Positions 7,877 to 17,353 of a stretch of 64,000 nt of DNA are shown one piece after another; the first letter of the stretch is position 1, and every line of letters starts with the position of its first letter. The stretch is from an uncultured bacterium (GTDB lineage Bacteria > Planctomycetota > UBA1135 > GCA-002686595). The stretch is taken from positions 1,384,285 to 1,448,284 of the forward strand of contig CALSNU010000001.1 in assembly GCA_943787795.1 (NCBI GenBank), given 5' to 3'. A model generated the notes under the pieces. That model saw nothing but the letters and a program-made list of their open reading frames with translations, did no database searches and was not told the origin of the DNA. Both the position numbers and the translations under genes were made by a program.

Positions 7877-9346
7877 TTATCGGACGAGAACCCCCTTGAG
7901 CAGCTCCTCTCGCTGATAGGTGGCGTCTCCATTCAGGTCGCGGTAGGCGTCGATCTCGATCTCGGTCCCCGGCTCGATCCGGTCAAGCACCAGCTGCAGG
8001 GTCGCCTTGTCGCTCAGGCGGATGGCCCCGGAGCGCGGGCGGGTCCGCGGGCGAAGGGCCGGGATCACGTCGCCGGGGCGGAGTCCAAGCTCTGCCGCCG
8101 AGCTCCCATCTCGAACTCGCTGGACCATGAGGAAGCGACTGCGACCGAGCTGCCGCTCCGTCACGGTGACCCCGATCTCGGAGAAGAACCTGCCGTTCAT
8201 GTCGTCCCAGGATCGTAGGGTCACGATCTCGGAGGCCCCTCCCGTCCCGCTGTCGGCGCGGATGATCCCCACCGTGAAGTCCGCGCCTGAGTCGATCTGA
8301 AGTGACTGGAGCAGGAAGGACTCGGAGTCGGGGATGGGCACCCCGTTCAGGGACACCACCTGGTCGGCCTGGCAGATGCCGGCTGCGGCGGCGGGACCCT
8401 GGTCCCAGACGCGCGTCACGGTCAGTTCACCCGCCCGCTCCTCGACGTCGAAGCCGAGCCATGAGCGGCGGGCGTCGGGGAACAGGCTGTCCGTGAGCAC
8501 CTGGCGCACCCGGTCCACAGGAATGGCGAAGCCGATGTTCTCTGCGTCGGTGTTCATGACCGTGTTGATCCCGATCAGTTCACCGTGAATATTCAGCAGG
8601 GGGCCGCCGGAGTTCCCGCGGTTGATCGAGGCGTCGGTCTGGATGAGCCCGCGGAAGTGGAGCTGGCGCCCGGGGACAGGGACCTCGCGGTAGAGGCCGG
8701 AGATGATCCCCGTGGAGACCGTGTAGGTCTGGCCGTGGGGGTTGCCGATGGCCACGACGCGCTCGCCTGGCATCAGGTCCGAGCTTGTTCCCATGCGGAC
8801 CGTGGGGAAGGCGCTCTCCCCGGCCGGGCGCAGGTCGGCCGCGCCGTCGTCGTCCGGGAGCTCGGGCGCAGTGACCCCCGCGGCGACTCCCAGGGGTTGG
8901 ATCTTGAGCAGCGCGAGATCCTCCTCGCGCACGGAGGACATCAGCCGCGCGGGGTACTGATTCGGATCGCCATCGAAGGAGACTGTGATCTGCTGGGCGC
9001 CTTCCACGACGTGGTAGTTCGTGACGATGAATCCCGAGGGGTGGATCACCACCCCTGAGCCCGAGCCGGACATCACCTGGCGCTGAAAGCCGAAGATCGT
9101 GCGGACGTTCTGGACCATCTCGGTCTCCACGTACACCACGGAGGGCTTCACCGCCTGGGCGACGCGAGCCTCCGGTGTCTCGCGCTCGATGGAGCGCAGG
9201 GACTCGTAGAGCTCCAGTCGACCTTGGTCCACCTCGCCCTGTGCGGGAGCTGAACCCAGCTGGGCGTACAGCGGCGCGCCGCTCGCGGCGGCGAGGCAGA
9301 GGGCGGCGAGGAAGAGGCCGAGGGGGCGTCGGTTGGGTTGAGTCAT
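7877..9346 (-). CDS. HtrA/DegP-family serine protease with two PDZ domains
   Basis: Signal peptide; GSGSGVVI, VTNYHVV, DLALLKI and QTDASINRGNSGGPL triad motifs; two PDZ-like C-terminal segments. Confidence 0.93.
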   Translation of the reverse strand: MTQPNRRPLGLFLAALCLAAASGAPLYAQLGSAPAQGEVDQGRLELYESLRSIERETPEARVAQAVKPSVVYVETEMVQNVRTIFGFQRQVMSGSGSGVVIHPSGFIVTNYHVVEGAQQITVSFDGDPNQYPARLMSSVREEDLALLKIQPLGVAAGVTAPELPDDDGAADLRPAGESAFPTVRMGTSSDLMPGERVVAIGNPHGQTYTVSTGIISGLYREVPVPGRQLHFRGLIQTDASINRGNSGGPLLNIHGELIGINTVMNTDAENIGFAIPVDRVRQVLTDSLFPDARRSWLGFDVEERAGELTVTRVWDQGPAAAAGICQADQVVSLNGVPIPDSESFLLQSLQIDSGADFTVGIIRADSGTGGASEIVTLRSWDDMNGRFFSEIGVTVTERQLGRSRFLMVQRVRDGSSAAELGLRPGDVIPALRPRTRPRSGAIRLSDKATLQLVLDRIEPGTEIEIDAYRDLNGDATYQREELLKGVLVR

Positions 9347-9684
9347 GGGGGGATGAGTTGGGTCCGTGGCACCGTGCGGCTCCAGCGGGTGGGGCGGAGG
9401 CGCTCCTATTCTCGTACGCCGGCCCCCTGACTTCGTGAGCAGAATCATGCTCCCGACCGTGGTGAGGCCAGTGTCTCGCCTTCCAGCGCTCCACCCCGGC
9501 GATCGGGCCGCGGTCGAAACCCGCTGCAGGCAGCCAGCAGGAGGACCTCAGCGGGTTGAAACCAGACCCCATCAGCCCCGGGACCCGGTCTGCGCCTGGA
9601 TCCCTCTGGCCCGTCCCCGCATGGGCCAGTGCATGGGTCCGTCCCGCACGAGCCACCCCTTCGGCTCCTGAAAGGGCCATGAAG

Positions 9685-9723
9685 AAAGCCCTCGCAGGGC
9701 ACTGGGCCGCCGGCGAGGGCTTT
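9685..9723 (-). terminator. Intrinsic terminator-like hairpin downstream of tRNA-Val
   Basis: 11-bp inverted repeat aaagccctcgc / gcgagggcttt directly after the tRNA CCA end; reads TTTCTTC at its 3' side on the minus strand. Confidence 0.65.
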
Positions 9724-9726
9724 GGG

Positions 9727-9803
9727 TGGTGGACCTAAGTGGATTCGAACCACTGACCTCTACGATGTCAACGTAGCGCTCTAACCAACTGAGCTATAGG
9801 TCC
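9727..9803 (-). tRNA. tRNA-Val(GAC)
   Basis: Minus strand GGACCTATAGCTCAGTTGGTTAGAGCGCTACGTTGACATCGTAGAGGTCAGTGGTTCGAATCCACTTAGGTCCACCA; cloverleaf with GAC anticodon and encoded CCA. Confidence 0.97.
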
Positions 9804-9816
9804 TCGACGGCGCGAG

Positions 9817-9845
9817 AATCTATCCGCGAAGGGCCGCGGCCTCAA
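9817..9845 (-). promoter_or_regulatory. Sigma70-type promoter of tRNA-Val
   Basis: TTGAGG-17 bp-TAGATT ending 13 nt upstream of the tRNA. Confidence 0.6.
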
Positions 9846-10054
9846 CGCTTTTTCCCGTGCTATCCGTCGCCTGACCGACCGCTGGCGGTTCCCGCGGACC
9901 CAGCGCGGGCCTAGACTCTCCGCCCGGGTCTGCTCGCAGTCCCCGGTGCCCGCCCCCCTCAATCCCTCCCAGGTCACTGCGGAGGGAGCCCCCATCCTCG
10001 AGTTCGGACCAGACTGGTCCGCCGAGACCCCCTCTGAGTAGTCGAGATCAACAC

Positions 10055-11173
10055 GTGAAGATTGGCGTCGTCAAGGAGATCAAGAACCACGAGTACCGCG
10101 TGGCCCTTCGCCCCTCGGGAGCCGAGCAGCTCATCGCGGACGGCCACGAGGTCATGGTGGAGACCCTGGCAGGGAAGGGCACCAGCCTCGGCGACGACCT
10201 GTACGAGGGCGTCGGATGCAGCATTGGCGCCTCGGCGGCCGAGGTCTGGGCGAGCTGCGACATGATCATGAAGGTCAAGGAGCCCCTCGCCTCCGAGTGG
10301 CCGCACATGCGGGCGGGACAGACCGTCTTCACCTACTTTCACCTGGCTGCGGATCGGGAGCTCACGGATGGCATCCTCGCCACCGGCGCCCACTGCTTCG
10401 CCTACGAGACCCTCGAGGTCGGGGGCAAGCTGCCCCTGCTCGAGCCCATGAGCGAGGTGGCCGGAAGGCTGTCGATTCAGGCCGGGGCCAAGTACCTGGA
10501 GAAGCCGGCCGGTGGAGTGGGACAGCTCCTGGGCGGCGTCCCAGGCGTGGCGCCTGCGGAGGTCGTGGTCATCGGCGGCGGCGTCGTCGGGACGAATGCA
10601 GCGCGCATGGCGGCCGGCCTGGGGGCCAACGTGACCGTGCTGGACGTCAACCACGAGCGGATGCGATACCTGGACGAGATCCTCCCGGCAAACTGCATGA
10701 CGATCTACTCGAACCCCATGAGCGTTCGGGAGAAGCTCGAGGCCGCGGACCTCGTGGTCGGGGCGGTCCTGGTGCCCGGCGCAGCGGCCCCCAAGCTCAT
10801 CAAGCGCGAGCACCTGGCGTTCATGAAGGAGGGCAGCGTCATCGCGGACGTCGCGGTGGACCAGGGAGGTTGCTGTGAGACGACGCGCCCCACCACCCAC
10901 GAGGAGCCCACCTTCGTCGTGGACGGGGTCGTTCATTACTGCGTGGCGAACATGCCAGGCGCCGTGCCCCGTACGAGCACCTTTGCCCTCACCAACTCGA
11001 CCCTCTCGTGGGCCCGCCGCCTCGCGCGGCTCGGTCCGAAGCAGGCGATCATCGGTGACGCCGGGCTCGCGTCGGCCGCCAACACCGTCGGCGGCAAGCT
11101 GACCTGTGAGCCGGTGGCCCAGGCCTTCGGCATGGAGTTCATCGCTCCCGTGACGGCCGCGAACAGCCTCTGA
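10055..11173 (+). CDS. ald: Alanine dehydrogenase
   Basis: [34 protein letters not shown] and [16 protein letters not shown] motifs. Confidence 0.96.
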   Translation: MKIGVVKEIKNHEYRVALRPSGAEQLIADGHEVMVETLAGKGTSLGDDLYEGVGCSIGASAAEVWASCDMIMKVKEPLASEWPHMRAGQTVFTYFHLAADRELTDGILATGAHCFAYETLEVGGKLPLLEPMSEVAGRLSIQAGAKYLEKPAGGVGQLLGGVPGVAPAEVVVIGGGVVGTNAARMAAGLGANVTVLDVNHERMRYLDEILPANCMTIYSNPMSVREKLEAADLVVGAVLVPGAAAPKLIKREHLAFMKEGSVIADVAVDQGGCCETTRPTTHEEPTFVVDGVVHYCVANMPGAVPRTSTFALTNSTLSWARRLARLGPKQAIIGDAGLASAANTVGGKLTCEPVAQAFGMEFIAPVTAANSL

Positions 11174-11185
11174 TCGGGCCCCCCC

Positions 11186-12076
11186 GTGCTCCCCATTTTC
11201 TACGCGACCATGCCCGAGGCGGCCGCCGCGGGGCGCGCTGCAGGGCAGGCAGTGCAGGAGGCTGCGGGCCTGTCGGAGGGCGACGTCTGGAGCGTCTTCT
11301 TCCTCGCGATCATTCAGGGGCTGACGGAGTTCCTGCCGGTGAGCAGTTCGGGTCACCTGGTCCTCGGGAAATCGGTGATCGGCCTCGAGACCGGTGGGAT
11401 CGCGCTCGACGTCGCCCTCCACGTGGGCACCCTGGGCGCGATCGTCTGGGCCTTCCGGAAGGACGTCCTCGCCCTGTTGCGAGACCCGTTTGAGGGGCGC
11501 TACATGAGCTGGGTCTGGCTCGTGGTGGCGACGTTGCCGGTGGCGATCATCGGGCTCGTCTTCAAGGACTCCATCACCGCCGCCGCCGGGACGGCTGTGG
11601 CGGCGGGCTGCGGGCTGCTGGTCACCTCCGTGGCGCTGCTGGTGGGCGAGTTTAGCCGGCGCCGTTTCGATGCGCCCGCCTCGCCCCCTGACGAGCCGCC
11701 GGTCTTTCGTATGCGTGACGCCGTAGTGATGGGATTCGCCCAGGCGGCGGCCATCTGGCCCGGCGTCTCGCGGTCGGGGTCCACCATCTCGGCGGGCCTC
11801 GTGCGAGGGCTCTCGGCGGAGGACGCGGCGCGGCTCTCCTTCCTCATGAGCATCCCCGCCATCTCCGGCGCCGCCATTGTCGAGCTGCCTGGCGCCCTCG
11901 AGGAGGGCTTCGGCAGCCTCAACGGCGTCGTGGTGCTTGGAGCCGCCGTGCTGGCTGGGCTGGTGGGGTGGAGTGCGCTCCGGACGCTGCTCCTCGTCCT
12001 CCGCAAGGGCTCCTTCCCCTACTTCGCGGCCTACTGCGCGCTCGTCGGCACCGCAGCGCTGATCCTCTCCTGGTGA
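11186..12076 (+). CDS. uppP: Undecaprenyl-diphosphate phosphatase
   Basis: QGLTEFLPVSSSGH and PGVSRSGSTI motifs, multi-TM; start could be ATG 11210. Confidence 0.93.
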   Translation: MLPIFYATMPEAAAAGRAAGQAVQEAAGLSEGDVWSVFFLAIIQGLTEFLPVSSSGHLVLGKSVIGLETGGIALDVALHVGTLGAIVWAFRKDVLALLRDPFEGRYMSWVWLVVATLPVAIIGLVFKDSITAAAGTAVAAGCGLLVTSVALLVGEFSRRRFDAPASPPDEPPVFRMRDAVVMGFAQAAAIWPGVSRSGSTISAGLVRGLSAEDAARLSFLMSIPAISGAAIVELPGALEEGFGSLNGVVVLGAAVLAGLVGWSALRTLLLVLRKGSFPYFAAYCALVGTAALILSW

Positions 12077-12093
12077 CGGGGTAGTCTGGCGCC

Positions 12094-13835
12094 ATGCGCC
12101 AACCCACGCCCCGCCACCTCGCCCCCTCGCTCGTCGCCGCCCTGTTGCTCTCCGCGTCCCTGGGGGCCGCTCCCCAGGAAGAGGAGGCCCCGGCAGCGGA
12201 CGCCACCGCCGTCTCCGCGGCGGGATCCCTGATCGGGCTCGAGTGGACCGAGGCGGAGGTCGAGCAGATGCTCGGCACGATCCGCGAGCGGAAGGCTGAG
12301 TACGAGCGCCTGCGAGGCCGATCGATGGCGAACAGCGTCTTTCCCGCGCCCATGGGGACTCCGTTCGTCCCGGGGGTGGAGCCCGCCCAGGCTCAGCTCG
12401 CAGGTCGCCCCCCTGCACAGCCCGAGGTCACGCGGCCGGATGACCTGGAGGAGGTCTGCTTCTGGAGCATCCCCGAGCTGGCGGCGCTGCTCCGCCAGGG
12501 GGGCGTCACCTCGGTGGAGCTCACCCGGATGTACCTGGATCGGCTGAGCCGACTCGACGGACACCTGCACTGCGTGATCTCGCTGCTGCCCGAGCGAGCG
12601 CTTGCCCAGGCCGCCGCACGGGACGCGGAGCTCGAGGAGGGCATCGACCGGGGGCTCCTCCACGGCCTGCCCTGGGGGGTGAAGGACCTCATGGCCGTGG
12701 AGGGGACCCGCACCACATGGGGGGCCGAGCCGTACAGGGATCAGGTGTTGGAGGGGACCGCGACGGTGGTCCGTCGGCTCGACGACGCGGGCGCCGTCCT
12801 CATCGCCAAGCTGACCCTGGGGGCCCTCGCCATGGGGGACGTCTGGTACGGGGAGCGGACGCGCAGCCCGTGGGACCTGGACCGTGGCTCCAGCGGATCC
12901 TCGGCGGGCTCGGCTTCGGCCACGGCCGCGGGGGGCGTCGCGTTCTCCATCGGGACCGAGACCCTCGGGTCCATCGTCTCGCCTTCGGTGGCCTGCGCCA
13001 CCAGCAGCCTGCGGCCCACCGTGGGGCGCGTGCCCCGGACGGGGGCCATGGCGCTCTCCTGGACCATGGACAAGGTGGGCCCGATCACGCGCACCGTGGG
13101 GGACGCCGACCTGGTCTTCCGCGCGATCGCGGGGCGAGATCCCGCCGATCCCTACTCCCGGGACGGGCGCGTGCCCGTTCAAGGGGTGCAGGAGGAGGGG
13201 CTGCGGATCGGCGTGCCCGAGGGCGCCTTCGCCCGAGCGGGCCGGCGTCGAGGAGATCCTGGAGGAGCTCGAGGCCGCGGGCCATGAGCTGGTGCCGGTC
13301 AAGCTCCCCGCCTATCCCGTCCGCGCCATGCTCGTCATCCTTCACGCCGAGTCGGCGGCCGCCTTCGACGAGCTCACCCGGAGCGGGGGCGACGACCTCC
13401 TCCGCCGACAGGGGGCCTCGGCCTGGCCCAACTCCTTTCGCGCGGCCCAGTTGATCCCGGCGGTGGCCTACGTCCAGGCCCAACGGCTGCGGGTCGCTGC
13501 TGATGGCGGACATGGCGGAGGCCATGGCGGACGTCGACCTGATGGTGCACGCGCCCTACGCCAGCGGGGTCCTGACGATCACGAACCTGACCGGGCACCC
13601 GACCGTGTCGGCCCCCTTCGTGCCCGCCGCCGGACCCCGCGGGGACGGGGCGCCCCGGACGGTGTGCTTCACGGGGCGCCCCGATCAGGACGAGGCGCTG
13701 CTGGCCGCGGTGTCGGCCTGGCAGCGAGCCCACCCCGAGCACGTGCTCCAGCCGCCCCTGCCGTGGCTCGACGGAGCCGGCCCCGGCGCAGCGAAAGATC
13801 GGGAATCGAAGGACGGCGGGGGCGCGGGCCGTTGA
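12094..13835 (+). CDS. Amidase-signature family enzyme with signal peptide, interrupted by two +1 frameshifts (~13233 and ~13492)
   Basis: LHGLPWGVKDL, SSGSSAGS and GTETLGSIVSP motifs; homology continues in the next two frames (AESAAAFDEL; TNLTGHP). Confidence 0.85.
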
Positions 13836-13866
13836 CTCCCCGTGGGGGCGCCGCAGACTGGTCAGC

Positions 13867-14415
13867 ATGAGCCAGATTCCTGCCAGCGGCCGCTTCGGTG
13901 AGGCGCCCATCATGACCGTCGAGGAGTTCGCGGCGATCCGCCCCGAACTTGAGGGGAAGATCGTGGCCACCTCCGGCGGCTTCGACCCGATCCACCCCGG
14001 CCACGCGAGCGTCCTGCTCGCGTCCAAGTCCCACGTCGAGTCCGAGACCGGTGAGCGGCCGGACCTCCTCGTCGTCATCGTCAACGGAGACGGGTTCCTC
14101 CGGAACAAGAAGGGGGCCGAATTCCAGGACCTCTCCACCCGCGCGCGGGTCGTGGCCTGCCTGCGCGAGGTTGACGTGGTCGTGACCTACGAGACCGACA
14201 AGGAGATGTCGGTGGAGGGCGCCCTCGCTGGCATCCGCCCGCACTTCTTCACGAAGGGCGGGGACCGCACCGGCGCGGACAACATCGCCGAGTGGGGCCT
14301 CTGCCAGGAGATCGGCTGCCAGATCGTCACCGGCTGTGGCGTCGACAAGGAGTGGTCCTCCTCGGATCTGCTCGGGCGTTGGGCTCAGCTTGTGAGGGAC
14401 GGCGCGGTCAGCTGA
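13867..14415 (+). CDS. Cytidylyl/adenylyltransferase (TagD/RfaE-II-like, HIGH family)
   Basis: SGGFDPIHPGH, VIVNGD, FTKGGDR and SSSDL motifs. Confidence 0.85.
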   Translation: MSQIPASGRFGEAPIMTVEEFAAIRPELEGKIVATSGGFDPIHPGHASVLLASKSHVESETGERPDLLVVIVNGDGFLRNKKGAEFQDLSTRARVVACLREVDVVVTYETDKEMSVEGALAGIRPHFFTKGGDRTGADNIAEWGLCQEIGCQIVTGCGVDKEWSSSDLLGRWAQLVRDGAVS

Positions 14416-14428
14416 CCGAGCTCTAATC

Positions 14429-15581
14429 TTGCGCGCCCGACCCACAGGGCCGGCTCGATCGGGAGGGTCCCTCGCGCCGCTTCTGGACTATCGGCCCGCG
14501 TTGGTCGGGGGGCAGGGCGTCGGCCGATACGTTCGGGAGCTTGCGCGGGCGCTCGCGGCCGAGGAGGGCATCGAGCCTCGGCTGTTCGCGCCCACCCGCC
14601 AGGGCGCGTCGCGGAGCGCTCCGGAGGGCGCGCGGCTGTTCGCTCCCCGGCTCCCCTCGAAGCCGATCACCGCGCTCCTGAGCGCCACGGGGCTGGGAGT
14701 TGAGCGGCTGGTTGGAGGGGCGGATCTGGTGCATCACACCCAGTACCGCAGGCTCCCCACCGGGGCCCCCGAGGTCGCGATGATTCACGACCTCGTGTTC
14801 CTCGACTCGGACCGCTATGTGAGTTCCCGCGTCTCGACGCGCATGAGCGGCTTCGTGCGCGACGCAGCGAGGCGATGCTCGATCCTCCTGACCCCGTCCG
14901 AAACCGTGGCCGATGAGGTGGCGGGACGCCTGGGGGTCGAGCGGAGCCGGGTCGTCGCGACCCCCGCTCGGGGTCGATCACGCGCTGCGCACAGTCGCCG
15001 ACCAGGGGGTGGCCGCGGAGCTCGCGGCCGAGGTCCGGGGCGCGGGCCCGTTTCTCTTCACGGCGGCGCGCATTGAGACGCGCAAGAACCTCGGGATCAT
15101 CCTTCGCGCGCTGGAGAGGCTCGGGCCAGAGGCGCCGAGGTGGAAGATCGCCGGCATCGCCGGCGAGGGAGCCGGGGCCTTCGAGGCTGACGTCGCGGCG
15201 TCGACGGTCTCGGGGCGCGTGGAGCAGCTCGGACACCTCACGGAGGGGGCGCTTCGGGCCCACCTCGACGCCTGCCTGGCGTTCGTGCTGGTGCCCCATG
15301 ACGAGGGGTTCGGTCTGGCTCCGCTCGAGGCCATGGCGATTGGGTGTCGCGCGATCTCGAGCGATGTGCCCGTGGTCCGCGAGGTGTGCGGCGGTGCGGC
15401 CGAGCTGGTGGACCCCGAGGATGAGTCGGCTCTGGCGGCAGCCATCGGGCGGCTCCTTGAGGAGCCGCAGTCCGAAGGGGCAGCGAGCTCAGCGGCGGCG
15501 CACGCCGCGCGCTTCACGTGGGCCAGAACCGCGGCGCGGACCGTCGAGGCCTACCGGCTCGCCTTGCGCGATGGAGCCTGA
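14429..15581 (+). CDS. Glycosyltransferase family 4 (GT-B), one +1 frameshift at ~14963
   Basis: GVGRYVREL and MIHDL in the first frame; RKNL, EGFGLAPLEAMA and FTWARTA in the second frame. Confidence 0.85.
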
Positions 15582-16195
15582 AGCTCGCCGTCGCGGTAGA
15601 TGCCGGTTCGTGCGGTGTCCACGGACTGACCGTCGGGCAGGAAGTAGGTGGTCGGACCGGTGAGCTCCCCGTCCACAAACGTGGCCTTGCGGAGCAGCGT
15701 CCCGTCGCTCCGCCGCGAGGTCCATTGGCCAGAGCGCCGGCCATCGGTGTACGTACCCGAATCCTGAGGGGCCCCGTTCGCGAAGAAGGTGTCCCAGCGC
15801 CCCGAGCGCTTGCCCGCCACGAAGCTGCCCTTCCCCCGGGCGCCGTCCTCGTAGGTCTGGATCCACGGTCCATCCTCGAGCCCCATCTTGTAGGACCCCT
15901 CCGAGATGACCTCGCCTCGCTCGTTCCTGAAGGTGAAGGGGCCGTGCTTGCGCCACTCCCCGTCCACGAATTCCTCCACGCCCTCGGCCGTCAGCACGTT
16001 GTTCTTTCCGCGCTGACTCAGGGGGCGCTGCGTGCCCTCCTCGACGCTGGAGCCGAAGCAGCCAGGGAGCCCCGCGCAGGCGAGGACGGCGAGGAGGGCG
16101 GCGGCGCTCCTCGCCGCGAGCTCGCACCAGACGCCGAGCCAGCACCGCGGCGCCGGAGGAGCAGGGCGTGTGGGAGTTAGCCGCGGGTGAACCAT
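15551..16195 (-). CDS. MORN-variant repeat protein (YwqK-like), probable lipoprotein
   Basis: Repeated G.Y..G...G.W units (EGSYKMGLEDGPW, KGSFVAGKRSGRW, SGTYTDGRRSGQW); hydrophobic segment ending LPGC. Confidence 0.75.
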   Translation of the reverse strand: MVHPRLTPTRPAPPAPRCWLGVWCELAARSAAALLAVLACAGLPGCFGSSVEEGTQRPLSQRGKNNVLTAEGVEEFVDGEWRKHGPFTFRNERGEVISEGSYKMGLEDGPWIQTYEDGARGKGSFVAGKRSGRWDTFFANGAPQDSGTYTDGRRSGQWTSRRSDGTLLRKATFVDGELTGPTTYFLPDGQSVDTARTGIYRDGELQAPSRKASR

Positions 16196-17121
16196 GGCAT
16201 CAGGTGACGGCCAGGACAGGCCGTCTCTTTCCAGGCCCTGTGGGGCCGGACATTGAGCCGCGGGATCCCGAGCTTCTGCTGGAGCTCGAGCACGAGGCGG
16301 TCGAGGCTCGCGATCGAGGCCCGGGAGGGCTGGTCCTCATCGAAGTTGCCCAGCAAGCAGATCCCGACGTTCCCGATGTTGTTCTGTCCGCCGGCGTGGG
16401 CGCCTTGCCAGGTGAGCTCGCGGCCCTCGATGACTCGCCCCGCAGGGTCGATCAAGAAGTGATAGCCGATGTCGCCCCAGCCCTTGCTGTCCATGTGGTC
16501 GCGTTGGATGCCGCGGACGGTGTCGAATGACGCGGCGGCGGAGGTGTCCTCGGTGCGCACGACCGAGTGGTGCACGGTGATCCAGCGCCAGGGGGCGCTG
16601 GCCCGGCTGAGGTCCGCGCGGTTCGCGCGCCGCGCCCTCCAGGAAGGCCGGCGGATCAAACCGCCGACGTTGGCCACGGCGGCGGGGCCGCCGCCCGTGG
16701 GTTCGGTCCCGACCCGCTGGGCGCCGCTTCGCGCCCGTGTCCGCTGATCGGCGGTCGCGGTCGAGTCGCTGAGCACCCGCTCGAAGCCCGCGAGCGCCTC
16801 GCGTCGACGCAGGGCGAGGTAGGACGCTGGCGTATTCGGGTCACGGAGCTCTCCGGCGTAGGCCAGCCGGCCCTCGGCGATCTGAAGCTCCGCTTCCACG
16901 GCCCAGTATCCCCGACGGTTGGGGCGGTCCGCGATCCAGCGCTCGATCTCGGTGAGCTTGCCCCAGGAGGTCGGGAGCATGGACCAGGTCGGGGCGGGCC
17001 CGGCCGAGGCCGGGATCTGTTGGCTCCTCGCGCTCACGTCCGGGCTCTTCATGGGCGTGGAGCGACGGGTGACCCCGCCGCAGCCCGCGAGCATGAGCAG
17101 CGCAACCGCCAGGGCGCCCAT
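16177..17121 (-). CDS. N-acetylmuramoyl-L-alanine amidase (Amidase_2/PGRP-like) lipoprotein
   Basis: Lipobox LAGC; VHHS, DIGYHFLID, GAHA, GICLLGNF and HR...TACPG zinc-site motifs; start could be 17211. Confidence 0.87.
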   Translation of the reverse strand: MGALAVALLMLAGCGGVTRRSTPMKSPDVSARSQQIPASAGPAPTWSMLPTSWGKLTEIERWIADRPNRRGYWAVEAELQIAEGRLAYAGELRDPNTPASYLALRRREALAGFERVLSDSTATADQRTRARSGAQRVGTEPTGGGPAAVANVGGLIRRPSWRARRANRADLSRASAPWRWITVHHSVVRTEDTSAAASFDTVRGIQRDHMDSKGWGDIGYHFLIDPAGRVIEGRELTWQGAHAGGQNNIGNVGICLLGNFDEDQPSRASIASLDRLVLELQQKLGIPRLNVRPHRAWKETACPGRHLMPWFTRG

Positions 17122-17353
17122 GCGGCCCCCCGGTCCTCCCACTGCACGCCCACCAGGTGCGTTCACCGGGGCCTCGACCCCTGTGACGATTCCGCGCATT
17201 CGTCCCACCATGCCCCCTGGATAGCGGAGAGCGGGGGGCCAATTCAACGGATGGGGGCGGAACCTCGCGGACAAATGAAAGACGTTTGGCAGACGGGGCG
17301 GATCCGGCGGTCCCCGGGTTGGACGGCGCCCGGGAGCATGCGATCCTCTTTTC

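Noticed and set aside
9555..9585. tmRNA-like 5' end (GGGGCTGAT...TCTGGTTTCAAC on the minus strand)
   Set aside because: No matching T-arm/CCA 3' end or tag reading frame at the expected distance, which falls inside htrA
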